Below are positions 1-8,148 of a stretch of 64,000 bases of DNA, piece after piece. Source of the stretch: an uncultured Acidobacteriota bacterium. GTDB lineage: Bacteria > Acidobacteriota > Thermoanaerobaculia > UBA5066. A model generated the notes under the pieces. That model was not told the origin of the DNA and did no database searches. It saw only the letters and a list, made by a program, of their open reading frames with translations. The stretch covers positions 1,408,001 to 1,472,000 of the forward strand of contig CAVZYA010000002.1 of the NCBI GenBank assembly GCA_963779415.1. The letters are read 5' to 3'. Numbering within the stretch: position 1 is the stretch's first letter; each line of letters opens with the position of its first letter. A program made the translations under genes and the position numbers.

Positions 1-1649
1 TTCTTCTCGTCCCCCGAACTCCCCTGCGGCGAGGGGGTCGGCGTCGGCGATTTTCCGCCCGTCTTCTGGTTCTTCTCGTCGTCCTCCTTCCCCGACGGCT
101 TCTGCGGCTGCTGCTGTTTCTTCTTCTCCTCTTCGGCCTTGCGGACGCAGAGCTCGTAGTTGTACGAGGCGTCTTCCCGCCCCGGGCTCCGCTTGAGGGT
201 CTGGCGGAAGGCTCCCGCGGCCTTTTCGTACTCCCCGCTCCGGAGAAGCAACGTCCCTTCGTTGTACGCCGCGTCCGCGGAGACGTCCCGGTTTCCGCCC
301 TTCTCCGCCGTCTGGAGGGCGGAAAGCGCGTCCTCCGCCTTCCCGGCGCGCGAGAGCGCGGAGCCGAGGTTGTACGGGCCGATCGGATCCTTCGGCGCGA
401 GCTCCGTCTCGCGGCGGAAATGGGTGGTGGCATCGTCCCACCGCTTCTCCTCGAGCGCCTTCTTGCCGAGCTTGGCTTGCCCGCGAGGCGAGCCGAGGAG
501 ACGCTCGATTCCGGGGAGCGGTGTCGGCGAGGGAGCGGGCGTGGGTGCCGGAGGCTCCTGGGCCGCGGCCCTGCCGGCGAGCGCCGCCACGGCGAGGAGC
601 GCGGCGGCGCCCGTCTTCGCGGAACGGCGCGGACGCGGCAACCCGAGAAGGAGGAGCCCGAGCGACGCGACCGCGATGGCGAGCGGAATCTGGAACCGCT
701 CCTCGAGGTTCGTCGCGAGGGTGGCGGAAAGAGGGCGCCGCGCCGAGAGGTCGATCTGCCGCGCGACCGCGGAGAGATCGGTCCTGCCGGGCGAGACGAC
801 GGAGAACGTCCCTCCCGTCTTCGCGGCGATCGACCGGAGGAGGCCGGGGTTCGGCTTCGAGATGACCGGCGCGCCGGAGGCGTCGGTCTTGTAGCCGGTC
901 TGCTGGCCTGATACATCGATCTCCGGGACCGGCGCGCCCTTCCCGTCGCCGCCACCGACGAAGACGGTGTGGACGACGATCCCTTCTTTTTGCGCCTTCT
1001 CGGCCGCGGCGTCGGCTCCTCCTTCGAGATCCTCGCCGTCCGAGATGAGGATGACGTGCCGTCCGCCGGTGGCGCCGGCGCGGAGAAGCTCGGCCGCCGC
1101 CGCGATGCCCGCCGCGAGGGAGGTGCCGGGTCTCGTGCCGATGCCGGGCTCGAGGGCGTCGAGGAAGACGCCGACCGCGGCGCTGTCGAGCGTGAGCGGG
1201 ACGAGCGTCTGCGCCTCTCCCTCCAGGCCGATGAGGGCGACACGGTCCGAAGGGAGGTTCGAGAGGAGGGAGGCGGCCGCCTGACGGGCCACGACGAACC
1301 GGGACGGCGTGACGTCGGTGGCATTCATCGAGGCGGAGGTGTCGAGGACGAAGACGACGTCGGCGCCTCGCCGCTCGACGGACTCCGTTCGCTCGCCCCA
1401 GCGGGGCCGCGCGAGGGCGGCGCCGAGCGCGAGCGCCGAGACGGCGACGAGGATGCGGAGGAAGAGCGTTCTCCTCCTTCCGCCCTCCGTGCCGCGGGCC
1501 GAGAGGACGGGAGCGACGATGGCGCCCTGTCTCCTCGCGGCGGCGCGGGACGCGACGGCGATGAGAAGGACGGCCACGACCGTCGCGGCGAGGCCCGCGG
1601 CGAGGAGGGCCGGCGCGGAGAAGACGGAGAGGAGCGCGGGGAGCTTCAC
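1..1649 (-). CDS. VWA + TPR protein (BatB/BatC-like fusion), 3' end outside window
   Basis: GTG start overlaps upstream TGA (GTGA). Reads MKLPALLSVFSAPA..., with MIDAS-like DVVFVLDTSASMNATDVTPSRF, TPR-like YNLG/YNEG...NYEL and a Q/K/E-rich linker. Frame is open to position 1. Confidence 0.85.
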   Translation of the reverse strand, partial: MKLPALLSVFSAPALLAAGLAATVVAVLLIAVASRAAARRQGAIVAPVLSARGTEGGRRRTLFLRILVAVSALALGAALARPRWGERTESVERRGADVVFVLDTSASMNATDVTPSRFVVARQAAASLLSNLPSDRVALIGLEGEAQTLVPLTLDSAAVGVFLDALEPGIGTRPGTSLAAGIAAAAELLRAGATGGRHVILISDGEDLEGGADAAAEKAQKEGIVVHTVFVGGGDGKGAPVPEIDVSGQQTGYKTDASGAPVISKPNPGLLRSIAAKTGGTFSVVSPGRTDLSAVARQIDLSARRPLSATLATNLEERFQIPLAIAVASLGLLLLGLPRPRRSAKTGAAALLAVAALAGRAAAQEPPAPTPAPSPTPLPGIERLLGSPRGQAKLGKKALEEKRWDDATTHFRRETELAPKDPIGPYNLGSALSRAGKAEDALSALQTAEKGGNRDVSADAAYNEGTLLLRSGEYEKAAGAFRQTLKRSPGREDASYNYELCVRKAEEEKKKQQQPQKPSGKEDDEKNQKTGGKSPTPTPSPQGSSGDEK

Positions 1650-2701
1650 TCGGGCACCACGGGGACGACGAACGCGGCGAGGAGCCCGGCAACGGCGAGG
1701 AGCGCGGCGCCCGGCACGGCGGCCTGGGGAAAGACTTCGCGATAGCGGGTGAAGCGGGCCGTCTTGATCTCGCTCTTCTCGAGCCGGTCGATCTCCGAAA
1801 AGATCTCGACGAGGCTCTTCGCGTCGGTGGCCCGGAAGAACTTCGCGCCGGTCGCCGAGGCGATCCGCTTGAGAAGGGCCTCGTCGACGTCCACGTTCGC
1901 GAGGATCCGGCGCTCGACGACACGTCCCGTCTCGGGGTCGCGGATCGGGACGGGGATCTCGACCGGGCCGGAGACGGTGCCGACCCCGATCGTATAGACG
2001 CGGACGCCGAGCGCCTTCGCGATGCCCGCCGCGGTGTCCGGGTCGATCTCGCCGGCGTTGTTGCCGCCGTCCGTCACGAGGACGATCACCTTGGACTTCG
2101 CCTTCGACGGGCGGAGACGGGCGAGGGCGTTCCCGAGGGCCATCCCGATCGCGGTCCCGTCCCCCTGGTCGCCGAGCGTCAGGGAGGCGAGGCGGTCGAG
2201 GAGCATCGCGCGGTCCGTCGTCAGCGGGACGACCGTGCGGGAGCGTCCCGCGAAGACGAGAAGGCCGAGACGGTCGCTCGTCCGCCCCTCGACGAACTGG
2301 CGGACCGCGCTCTTGGCCACGAAGAAGCGGTTGCGCGGCTTGAAGTCTTCGGCCGCCATCGAGCCCGACGCGTCGAGGGCGATGAAGATGTCGACCCCTT
2401 CCGTCCACGACTCCGTCCGCTCGAGGCCGAGGCGCGGGCGCGCGAAACCGACGACCAGCGCCGACCATCCGAGGAGCGCGAGAACGAACGGGACGTGCCG
2501 GAGTCGGACGCGCCACGTCGGGCGCGTGGCCGCCGCGAACGCGAGCGTCGGAACCGCGAGGGCCCCGTCTCCCCGCCGTTCGCGCCGGATCCGGAGGAAG
2601 ACCGCGAGCGGGACGAGGAGGAGGAGGAGCAGAAGCTCCGGGTCGCGGAGCGTGAGCCCCGGAGGAACGAGGGCGCGGAGAGACGCGAAAGGCCCCGTCA
2701 T
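1646..2701 (-). CDS. VWA domain protein (BatA-like)
   Basis: DIFIALDASGSM MIDAS, GTAIGMALG, SKVIVLVTDGGNNAG. ATG overlaps the upstream stop (ATGA). Confidence 0.92.
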   Translation of the reverse strand: MTGPFASLRALVPPGLTLRDPELLLLLLLVPLAVFLRIRRERRGDGALAVPTLAFAAATRPTWRVRLRHVPFVLALLGWSALVVGFARPRLGLERTESWTEGVDIFIALDASGSMAAEDFKPRNRFFVAKSAVRQFVEGRTSDRLGLLVFAGRSRTVVPLTTDRAMLLDRLASLTLGDQGDGTAIGMALGNALARLRPSKAKSKVIVLVTDGGNNAGEIDPDTAAGIAKALGVRVYTIGVGTVSGPVEIPVPIRDPETGRVVERRILANVDVDEALLKRIASATGAKFFRATDAKSLVEIFSEIDRLEKSEIKTARFTRYREVFPQAAVPGAALLAVAGLLAAFVVPVVPE

Positions 2702-3681
2702 GACGCCTTCTCCGTCCCGGAAGGAGCCGGGGGCGGGGCGAGGCGCGCCTCGACGTGCTCGTGGAGTCTCCGGGCGCGGACGAGGTGATTCCGGGCAGTG
2801 TCGCGCGTCGAGCGCCCCCGCCCGAACTTCACGAAGTCGGCTGCGGAAAGAAGCTCCGAGAAGCCGATCTCCCGCGGCGGGTCCAGCTCCTTCTCGGCGA
2901 GACGCCGGAGGGTCTCGAAGCTCGTCCACTCGAGAACCGGCATCTCGAGCCGCCGCTCGAGGTAGCGCTTCACGGCATGGGTCAACTCGGCGTAGAAGCC
3001 TCGCGGGTCGTCCCCCAGAAGGTCGGCCTCCCGCTCGAGGCGCGAAAGCTCTCCGAGCAGCTCCTCACCCGGCGGAATGGAGGAGAGGGTCTCCTCGGCC
3101 TCGGTCCTCCGGCGCTTCCGGAGAAAGGCCCATGCGAGGGCGGCGGCGAGGAGAAGCGCGAGCGTGGTGACGCCGGCCCAGAAGAGGAGCGACGGGCCGG
3201 GAAGCCGGACGGGCCGGTCTTCCTTCGGCGCGAGCGCGTCGGGCTTGGCGTCCTTCGGGAGGCGCGAGGAGACGTCGAGCGTCACGGACGGCGGTCGCAG
3301 ATCGAGAGGAGGGCCGGGCAGGCCGTCGCTCTTTCTTTCCTCGAACGTGACGTGCGGTCCCGGCACCACGACCTTTCCGGCCATGAACGGAAGGAAACTG
3401 ACGGTCTGCTTCCAGAGAACGGCGCCGTCCTTGTCTCCCTTCGTCTCGACGACGGGCTTCTTCGGCACGTCGAACTCGAGAACGGAGCCTCCGGGAGGGC
3501 GCTGACCTTCGGGGGGCTCGGGCGTGACGAGCGCGTCGAGGGTGAGCGTCGACCCCGCCGGAATCCGTGCCGAGTAGGTGACGGTCACGCGGTCGCCGAC
3601 GGAGACCTCGGTCCGGTCCACCGCGACGTCGAAGACGACCGGCGCGGCGAGGAGGGGGAGAAGGAGGAGAGACCGGGTCAT
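2698..3681 (-). CDS. BatD/DUF4381-like membrane-anchored protein
   Basis: Signal-like N-terminus MTRSLLLLPLLAA, VDRTEVSVGDRV Ig-like region, one TM helix, C-terminal RYLERR...T..E...ADFVKF motif. Position in the MoxR operon fits. Confidence 0.75.
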   Translation of the reverse strand: MTRSLLLLPLLAAPVVFDVAVDRTEVSVGDRVTVTYSARIPAGSTLTLDALVTPEPPEGQRPPGGSVLEFDVPKKPVVETKGDKDGAVLWKQTVSFLPFMAGKVVVPGPHVTFEERKSDGLPGPPLDLRPPSVTLDVSSRLPKDAKPDALAPKEDRPVRLPGPSLLFWAGVTTLALLLAAALAWAFLRKRRRTEAEETLSSIPPGEELLGELSRLEREADLLGDDPRGFYAELTHAVKRYLERRLEMPVLEWTSFETLRRLAEKELDPPREIGFSELLSAADFVKFGRGRSTRDTARNHLVRARRLHEHVEARLAPPPAPSGTEKAS

Positions 3682-4565
3682 CGGCCGGCGGCCTTCCGCC
3701 GCTCCCGCTCCTTGAAGAACCTGACGAGCGCCATCTCGTACGGCGCGTCCGTACGGAGCGGGATGGAGTCGATCCCGGCCGACCGGAAGACGGCGAGAGG
3801 CGCCGGGAAGGGTGAGGAGGTCTGGCGTGCCCATGCGGCGCGGAAACCCGGATCCGCGAGATCGAAAACGCGGACCGCCCCGGTCTCCGCGTCGCGGAGC
3901 CGGACGAGGCCGGATCCGGGCATCTCCGTCTCCCGCGGATCGGTGATCGGGAGGGCCACGACGTCGTGCCGCCTGTTGAGCGTCTTCATCGCTTTCTCGT
4001 AGGCGGGGGAGAGGAAGTCGGAGATCACGAAGACGACGGCGCGTTGCTTGAGAAGCGCCGCGGCGCTCCGTAGGGCGAGGGAGAGGTCGGTCGCTCGCCC
4101 TTTCGGATCGAGGTAGAGCGCGTCCCGCGCGATCGCGAGAGCGTGGTCGACTCCCTTGCGCGGCGGAATGAACCGCTCGAGCCGGTCCGTGAAGAGGAGC
4201 GCGCCGACGCGGTCGTTGTTCTTCACCGCGGCGAAAGCGAGGAGGGCGGCGAGCTCGGCCATCAGGTCGCGCTTCGTCAGGTACTTCGAGCCGAAGGCCT
4301 GGGACGGCGAGACGTCGAGGAGCAGAAGGACGGTCAGGTCCCGCTCCTCGACGTACTTCTTGACGTGGGGGACGCCGGTCCGCGCCGTGACGTTCCAGTC
4401 AATGGCGCGGACGTCGTCGCCCGGGACGTACTCGCGCACCTCGGAGAACTCCATGCCGCGTCCGCGGAAGACGGAGTGGTACTCGCCCCCCAGCCCTTCG
4501 TTCACGAGCCGGTTCGTCCGGATCCGGATCCGGTGGATCTTGCGGGCGACGTCCCGGGGCAACAT
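3678..4565 (-). CDS. DUF58 domain protein
   Basis: G.YHSVFRGRGMEFSEVREYVPGDDVRAIDWNVTAR signature. Confidence 0.95.
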   Translation of the reverse strand: MLPRDVARKIHRIRIRTNRLVNEGLGGEYHSVFRGRGMEFSEVREYVPGDDVRAIDWNVTARTGVPHVKKYVEERDLTVLLLLDVSPSQAFGSKYLTKRDLMAELAALLAFAAVKNNDRVGALLFTDRLERFIPPRKGVDHALAIARDALYLDPKGRATDLSLALRSAAALLKQRAVVFVISDFLSPAYEKAMKTLNRRHDVVALPITDPRETEMPGSGLVRLRDAETGAVRVFDLADPGFRAAWARQTSSPFPAPLAVFRSAGIDSIPLRTDAPYEMALVRFFKERERRKAAGR

Positions 4566-4579
4566 GGGGGCTCCCGGCC

Positions 4580-5611
4580 TCAGGGAACCTCGACGCGCTC
4601 GAGGATCCGCGAGACGACCTGGTCGCTCGTCACGTTCTCCGCCTCGGCCTCGTAGGAGAGGAGGACCCGGTGGCGAAGGACGTCGAGCGCGACGCTCTTG
4701 ACGTCCTCCGGGACGACGTACCCGCGCCCCTGAAGGAAGGCGTGCGCGCGGGCTGCCGCGAGCAGGGCGAGCGTCGCGCGGGGCGAGGCGCCGTACGCGA
4801 CGAAATCCCCCAGCTCGGCGAGCTTGTAGCTCTTCGGGTCGCGCGTCGCCGAGACCAGCTCGACGAGATAGTTCTTCAGCCGCTCGTCGGCGTAGAGGGA
4901 CCGGACGAGCCCCCGCAGCTCCCGGATCGAGGTGGGGTCGAGGACGGGACGTACGGATGCCGACGCCTCCGCCTCGGTCATCTCTCCCATCCGCTCGAGA
5001 ATCTGCTTCTCCTCGGCCTTCGTCGGGTAGCCGACCTTCAGCTTCATCAGGAAGCGGTCGACCTGCGCCTCGGGGAGGGGATACGTCCCTTCCTGCTCGA
5101 TCGGGTTCTGCGTGGCGAGGACGAGGAACGGGTCCGGAAGCGGCGCCGTCCCGTCGCCGAGCGTCACCTGCCGCTCCTGCATCGCCTCGAGGAGCGCCGA
5201 CTGGACTTTCGCCGGGGCGCGGTTGATCTCGTCGGCCAGGACGATGTGGGCGAAGATCGGCCCGCGCCTCGCGACGAACTCCTGCGTCTTCGGGTTGAAG
5301 ACGAGCGTTCCGACGAGATCCGCCGGGAGGAGGTCCGGGGTGAACTGGATCCGGGCGAACGAGACGTCGAGGCCGCGCGACAGCGTCCGGACGGCCAGCG
5401 TCTTGGCGAGGCCGGGGACCCCTTCGAGCAGGAGATGCCCGTCGGCGAGGAGGCCCACCACGAGCCGCTCGACGAGGAGCGCCTGGCCGACGATGACCTT
5501 ACGGATCTCGGCGAGGAGGGCGTTGACGAGAAGGGACTTCTCCCGGACCTTCTCGGCGAGTGCCGCCGGGTCCGGGGCGCTTCGAACGGGGGAAACGGGT
5601 TCAGTCGTCAT
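4580..5611 (-). CDS. moxR: MoxR family AAA+ ATPase
   Basis: Walker A EGVPGLAKT, RIQFTPDLLPAD, Walker B LADEINRA, ATQNPIEQEGTYPLPEAQ. Confidence 0.96.
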   Translation of the reverse strand: MTTEPVSPVRSAPDPAALAEKVREKSLLVNALLAEIRKVIVGQALLVERLVVGLLADGHLLLEGVPGLAKTLAVRTLSRGLDVSFARIQFTPDLLPADLVGTLVFNPKTQEFVARRGPIFAHIVLADEINRAPAKVQSALLEAMQERQVTLGDGTAPLPDPFLVLATQNPIEQEGTYPLPEAQVDRFLMKLKVGYPTKAEEKQILERMGEMTEAEASASVRPVLDPTSIRELRGLVRSLYADERLKNYLVELVSATRDPKSYKLAELGDFVAYGASPRATLALLAAARAHAFLQGRGYVVPEDVKSVALDVLRHRVLLSYEAEAENVTSDQVVSRILERVEVP

Positions 5612-5721
5612 TCGGATCGCTCGCTGCCGCCGGAGGGACGGCGTCTATTCAGGCACCCCGCGGGGTGCCGGGTCATGGCACCAGCAAGCGCGATGCCGGT
5701 CCTTTTTCGTATCCTCCGCCG

Positions 5722-6078
5722 ATGCGGCGTTTCGGGTGGGTCCTGACCTTTGCCGTCTTCGTTCTCGTCGCCTCGGGGGAGGGGGACGCGGCGAAGAAGA
5801 AGCCCCGGCCGACTCCGACGGCCACGCCGACCCCCGTTCCGCTCCTCAGGGCCGCGGGCTCCTGCCTTTCCTACGTCCCGGGGAAGAGCCTCGTTCTCGC
5901 CGAGGTGGGGAGGACGGGAAAGGCCTTCCGGATCGACTCGACGACCCGGATCGAGACCCGGATCCGGGCGGGGGGGCGCCTTCGGATCCTCTACGCCGAG
6001 GGGCCGGACGGACCGGTCGCCCGAAGCATCCTCCCGGGCCCCATCGTGGCGACGCCGACGCCGGTGCCGGCGAAATGA
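5722..6078 (+). CDS. Secreted hypothetical protein with PT-rich linkers
   Basis: Signal peptide MRRFGWVLTFAVFVLVA, PTPTATPTP repeats, TATCCT -10-like box 6 nt upstream of ATG. Confidence 0.65.
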   Translation: MRRFGWVLTFAVFVLVASGEGDAAKKKPRPTPTATPTPVPLLRAAGSCLSYVPGKSLVLAEVGRTGKAFRIDSTTRIETRIRAGGRLRILYAEGPDGPVARSILPGPIVATPTPVPAK

Positions 6079-6079
6079 A

Positions 6080-6406
6080 TCAGAAGTGGGGTTCGAACTT
6101 CCGCTCGAGGGCCGCCTGCGGCGACAGGCCGACGACGCGCTCGACGACCTGACCGCCCTTGAAGAGCATCAGAGTCGGGATCGACATGATGCCGTAACGT
6201 TCCGCGACGGACGGGACGTCGTCCACGTTCAGCTTCGCGACGGTGATCTTGTCGCCCCATTTCTTCGCGAGGGCCTCCACGATGGGACCGACCTGACGGC
6301 AGGGACCGCACCAGACGGCCCAGAAGTCGACGAGTACGGGCTTGGTGCTCTTCAGGACCGAGGACTCGAAATTCGTTTCGGAGAGGTCGAGGAGGTTTCC
6401 GGACAT
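6080..6406 (-). CDS. trxA: Thioredoxin
   Basis: VLVDFWAVWCGPC active site, SIPTL. AAAGGA SD precedes MSGNLLDL. Confidence 0.96.
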   Translation of the reverse strand: MSGNLLDLSETNFESSVLKSTKPVLVDFWAVWCGPCRQVGPIVEALAKKWGDKITVAKLNVDDVPSVAERYGIMSIPTLMLFKGGQVVERVVGLSPQAALERKFEPHF

Positions 6407-6465
6407 GGAGGTTCCTTTCTCGTGGGGACGGGAACGCGGCCCCGACGCCGCGGCAGGATGGTAGG

Positions 6466-7317
6466 GTGCCGGCGGTGAGAGCGTCAAGGCGGCCGCGCTG
6501 GGGGCAGAACTTCCTCGCCAACCCGCGCACGTCGCGCCGGATCGTCGACGCGCTCGGCCTTGCCCCGGGGGAGACCGTCGTCGAGATCGGACCGGGACGC
6601 GGCGCGCTGACGGGACCGCTTCTCGATGCCGGGCTCCGCGTCGTCGCCATCGAGATCGACCCGGGCCTCGCCGCATCGCTTCGCTCGGGGGCCGCGGGAC
6701 GCCCTCTCGTGGTCGTGACAGAGGACGCTCTCCGGGCCGACGTCGGCGCGGCGCTCTCGGACACGGGGGCTTCACCGCCGGTCTCACTCGTCGGCAATCT
6801 GCCGTACGAATCCGCAACGCCCATGCTTCGCGCCTTCGCGAGGCGGGCCGATCTTTTTTCACGCCTCGTCGTCATGGTCCAACGCGAGGTGGCCGACCGG
6901 CTCGTCGCGCTTCCGGGGACCGGGGCGTACGGGTACCTCACGCTGGACGTCGGCGCCCACGCGAAGGTCCGTCGCCTCTTCGACGTCCTGCCGGGAGCGT
7001 TCTCGCCCCCTCCGAAGGTGACGTCCTCGGTCGTGGAGCTTCTCCCGCATTCCGCCTCGCCGGGGGCGGAGGAAGCCCTCGCCGTCGCTTCGGCCGCCTT
7101 CATGGGCCGGCGGAAAAGCCTTTTGAATGCCCTCTCGGCGCGCTGGGGGCGCGAGCGGGTCGCCGATGCGCTGGCCGAGGCCGGCATTCCGCCGCTCTCG
7201 AGGGGAGAGGATCTGCCTCTTTCGCGCTTCGTCGAGCTTGCCAGGGCGCTCGGTGCTCCGACGAAAACGCCGCCGCAAGGCCGCTCCCGCCGCAAGGGGC
7301 CTGCTACAATTTCCTGA
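6466..7317 (+). CDS. rsmA: 16S rRNA m6,2A dimethyltransferase
   Basis: GQNFL, VVEIGPGRGALT, VGNLPY, MVQREVADRL, FSPPPKVTS. Confidence 0.95.
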   Translation: MPAVRASRRPRWGQNFLANPRTSRRIVDALGLAPGETVVEIGPGRGALTGPLLDAGLRVVAIEIDPGLAASLRSGAAGRPLVVVTEDALRADVGAALSDTGASPPVSLVGNLPYESATPMLRAFARRADLFSRLVVMVQREVADRLVALPGTGAYGYLTLDVGAHAKVRRLFDVLPGAFSPPPKVTSSVVELLPHSASPGAEEALAVASAAFMGRRKSLLNALSARWGRERVADALAEAGIPPLSRGEDLPLSRFVELARALGAPTKTPPQGRSRRKGPATIS

Positions 7318-8147
7318 TGTCGGTGACCGTGTTTCACGCGGTCCTGCTGGGGGTCCTGCAGGGTCTGACGGAGTTTCTTCCCGTCTCGTCCACGGCTCAT
7401 CTCGCTCTTGCGCAAGGGTTGATTCCGGGCTTCTCCCAGCCGGGGATCCTCTTCGACGTCCTCCTCCACGTCGGGACCCTCGTCGCGGTCGTCGCGTTCT
7501 TCCGGGTCCGGCTCGTCCGGACGGCAACGGGGCTCGCCTCGGCGGACGCCGGCGAGCGTCGGGCCGCGTGGCGGCTCGTCGGGCTGCTCCTTCTCTCGGT
7601 CGCGCTCACGGGAGTCCTCGCGCTTCCCCTCAAGAAGCTCGCGGTCGAGTCGATGACGAACGTCCGGTTGATCGGCTTCTCGCTCTGCGGGACGGCCATC
7701 CTTCTCTCGTTCGCGCAGGTCATCGGGACTCGCCGTGGCGAGGGTGGGCGGACGCTCGCCGAAATCCGGCCGCGCGATGCGGCGATCGTCGGCGTCTGCC
7801 AGGCGGCCTCGGCCGTCTTCCACGGCCTCTCCCGCTCGGGCAACACGATCTCGGTGGGGCTCTTCACCGGCATGTCGCGCGAGGCCGCCGCGGAGTATTC
7901 CTTCCTCCTCTCGATCCCGACGATTCTCGCCGCGGCGGCGGTCGAGAACGTCTCGGCCCTTCGCCACCATCCCGAGGCGCTCGGGGCGTCGGCGTGGCCC
8001 GTCTACCTGGTCGGGATGGCGGTCGCGGCCGTCGTCGGGTACGTCGCCATCGCCGCCCTTCTCCGTCTCGTCGTCGCCATGAGGCTCATCCCGTTCATCG
8101 TCTACACGGGCCTTCTCGGGCTCTTTCTCGTCGCGCGGGGCGTCTGA
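7317..8147 (+). CDS. uppP: Undecaprenyl-diphosphate phosphatase
   Basis: LGVLQGLTEFLPVSSTAHL, GLSRSG.TI, AAEYSFLLSIP. Confidence 0.95.
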   Translation: MSVTVFHAVLLGVLQGLTEFLPVSSTAHLALAQGLIPGFSQPGILFDVLLHVGTLVAVVAFFRVRLVRTATGLASADAGERRAAWRLVGLLLLSVALTGVLALPLKKLAVESMTNVRLIGFSLCGTAILLSFAQVIGTRRGEGGRTLAEIRPRDAAIVGVCQAASAVFHGLSRSGNTISVGLFTGMSREAAAEYSFLLSIPTILAAAAVENVSALRHHPEALGASAWPVYLVGMAVAAVVGYVAIAALLRLVVAMRLIPFIVYTGLLGLFLVARGV

Positions 8148-8148
8148 C

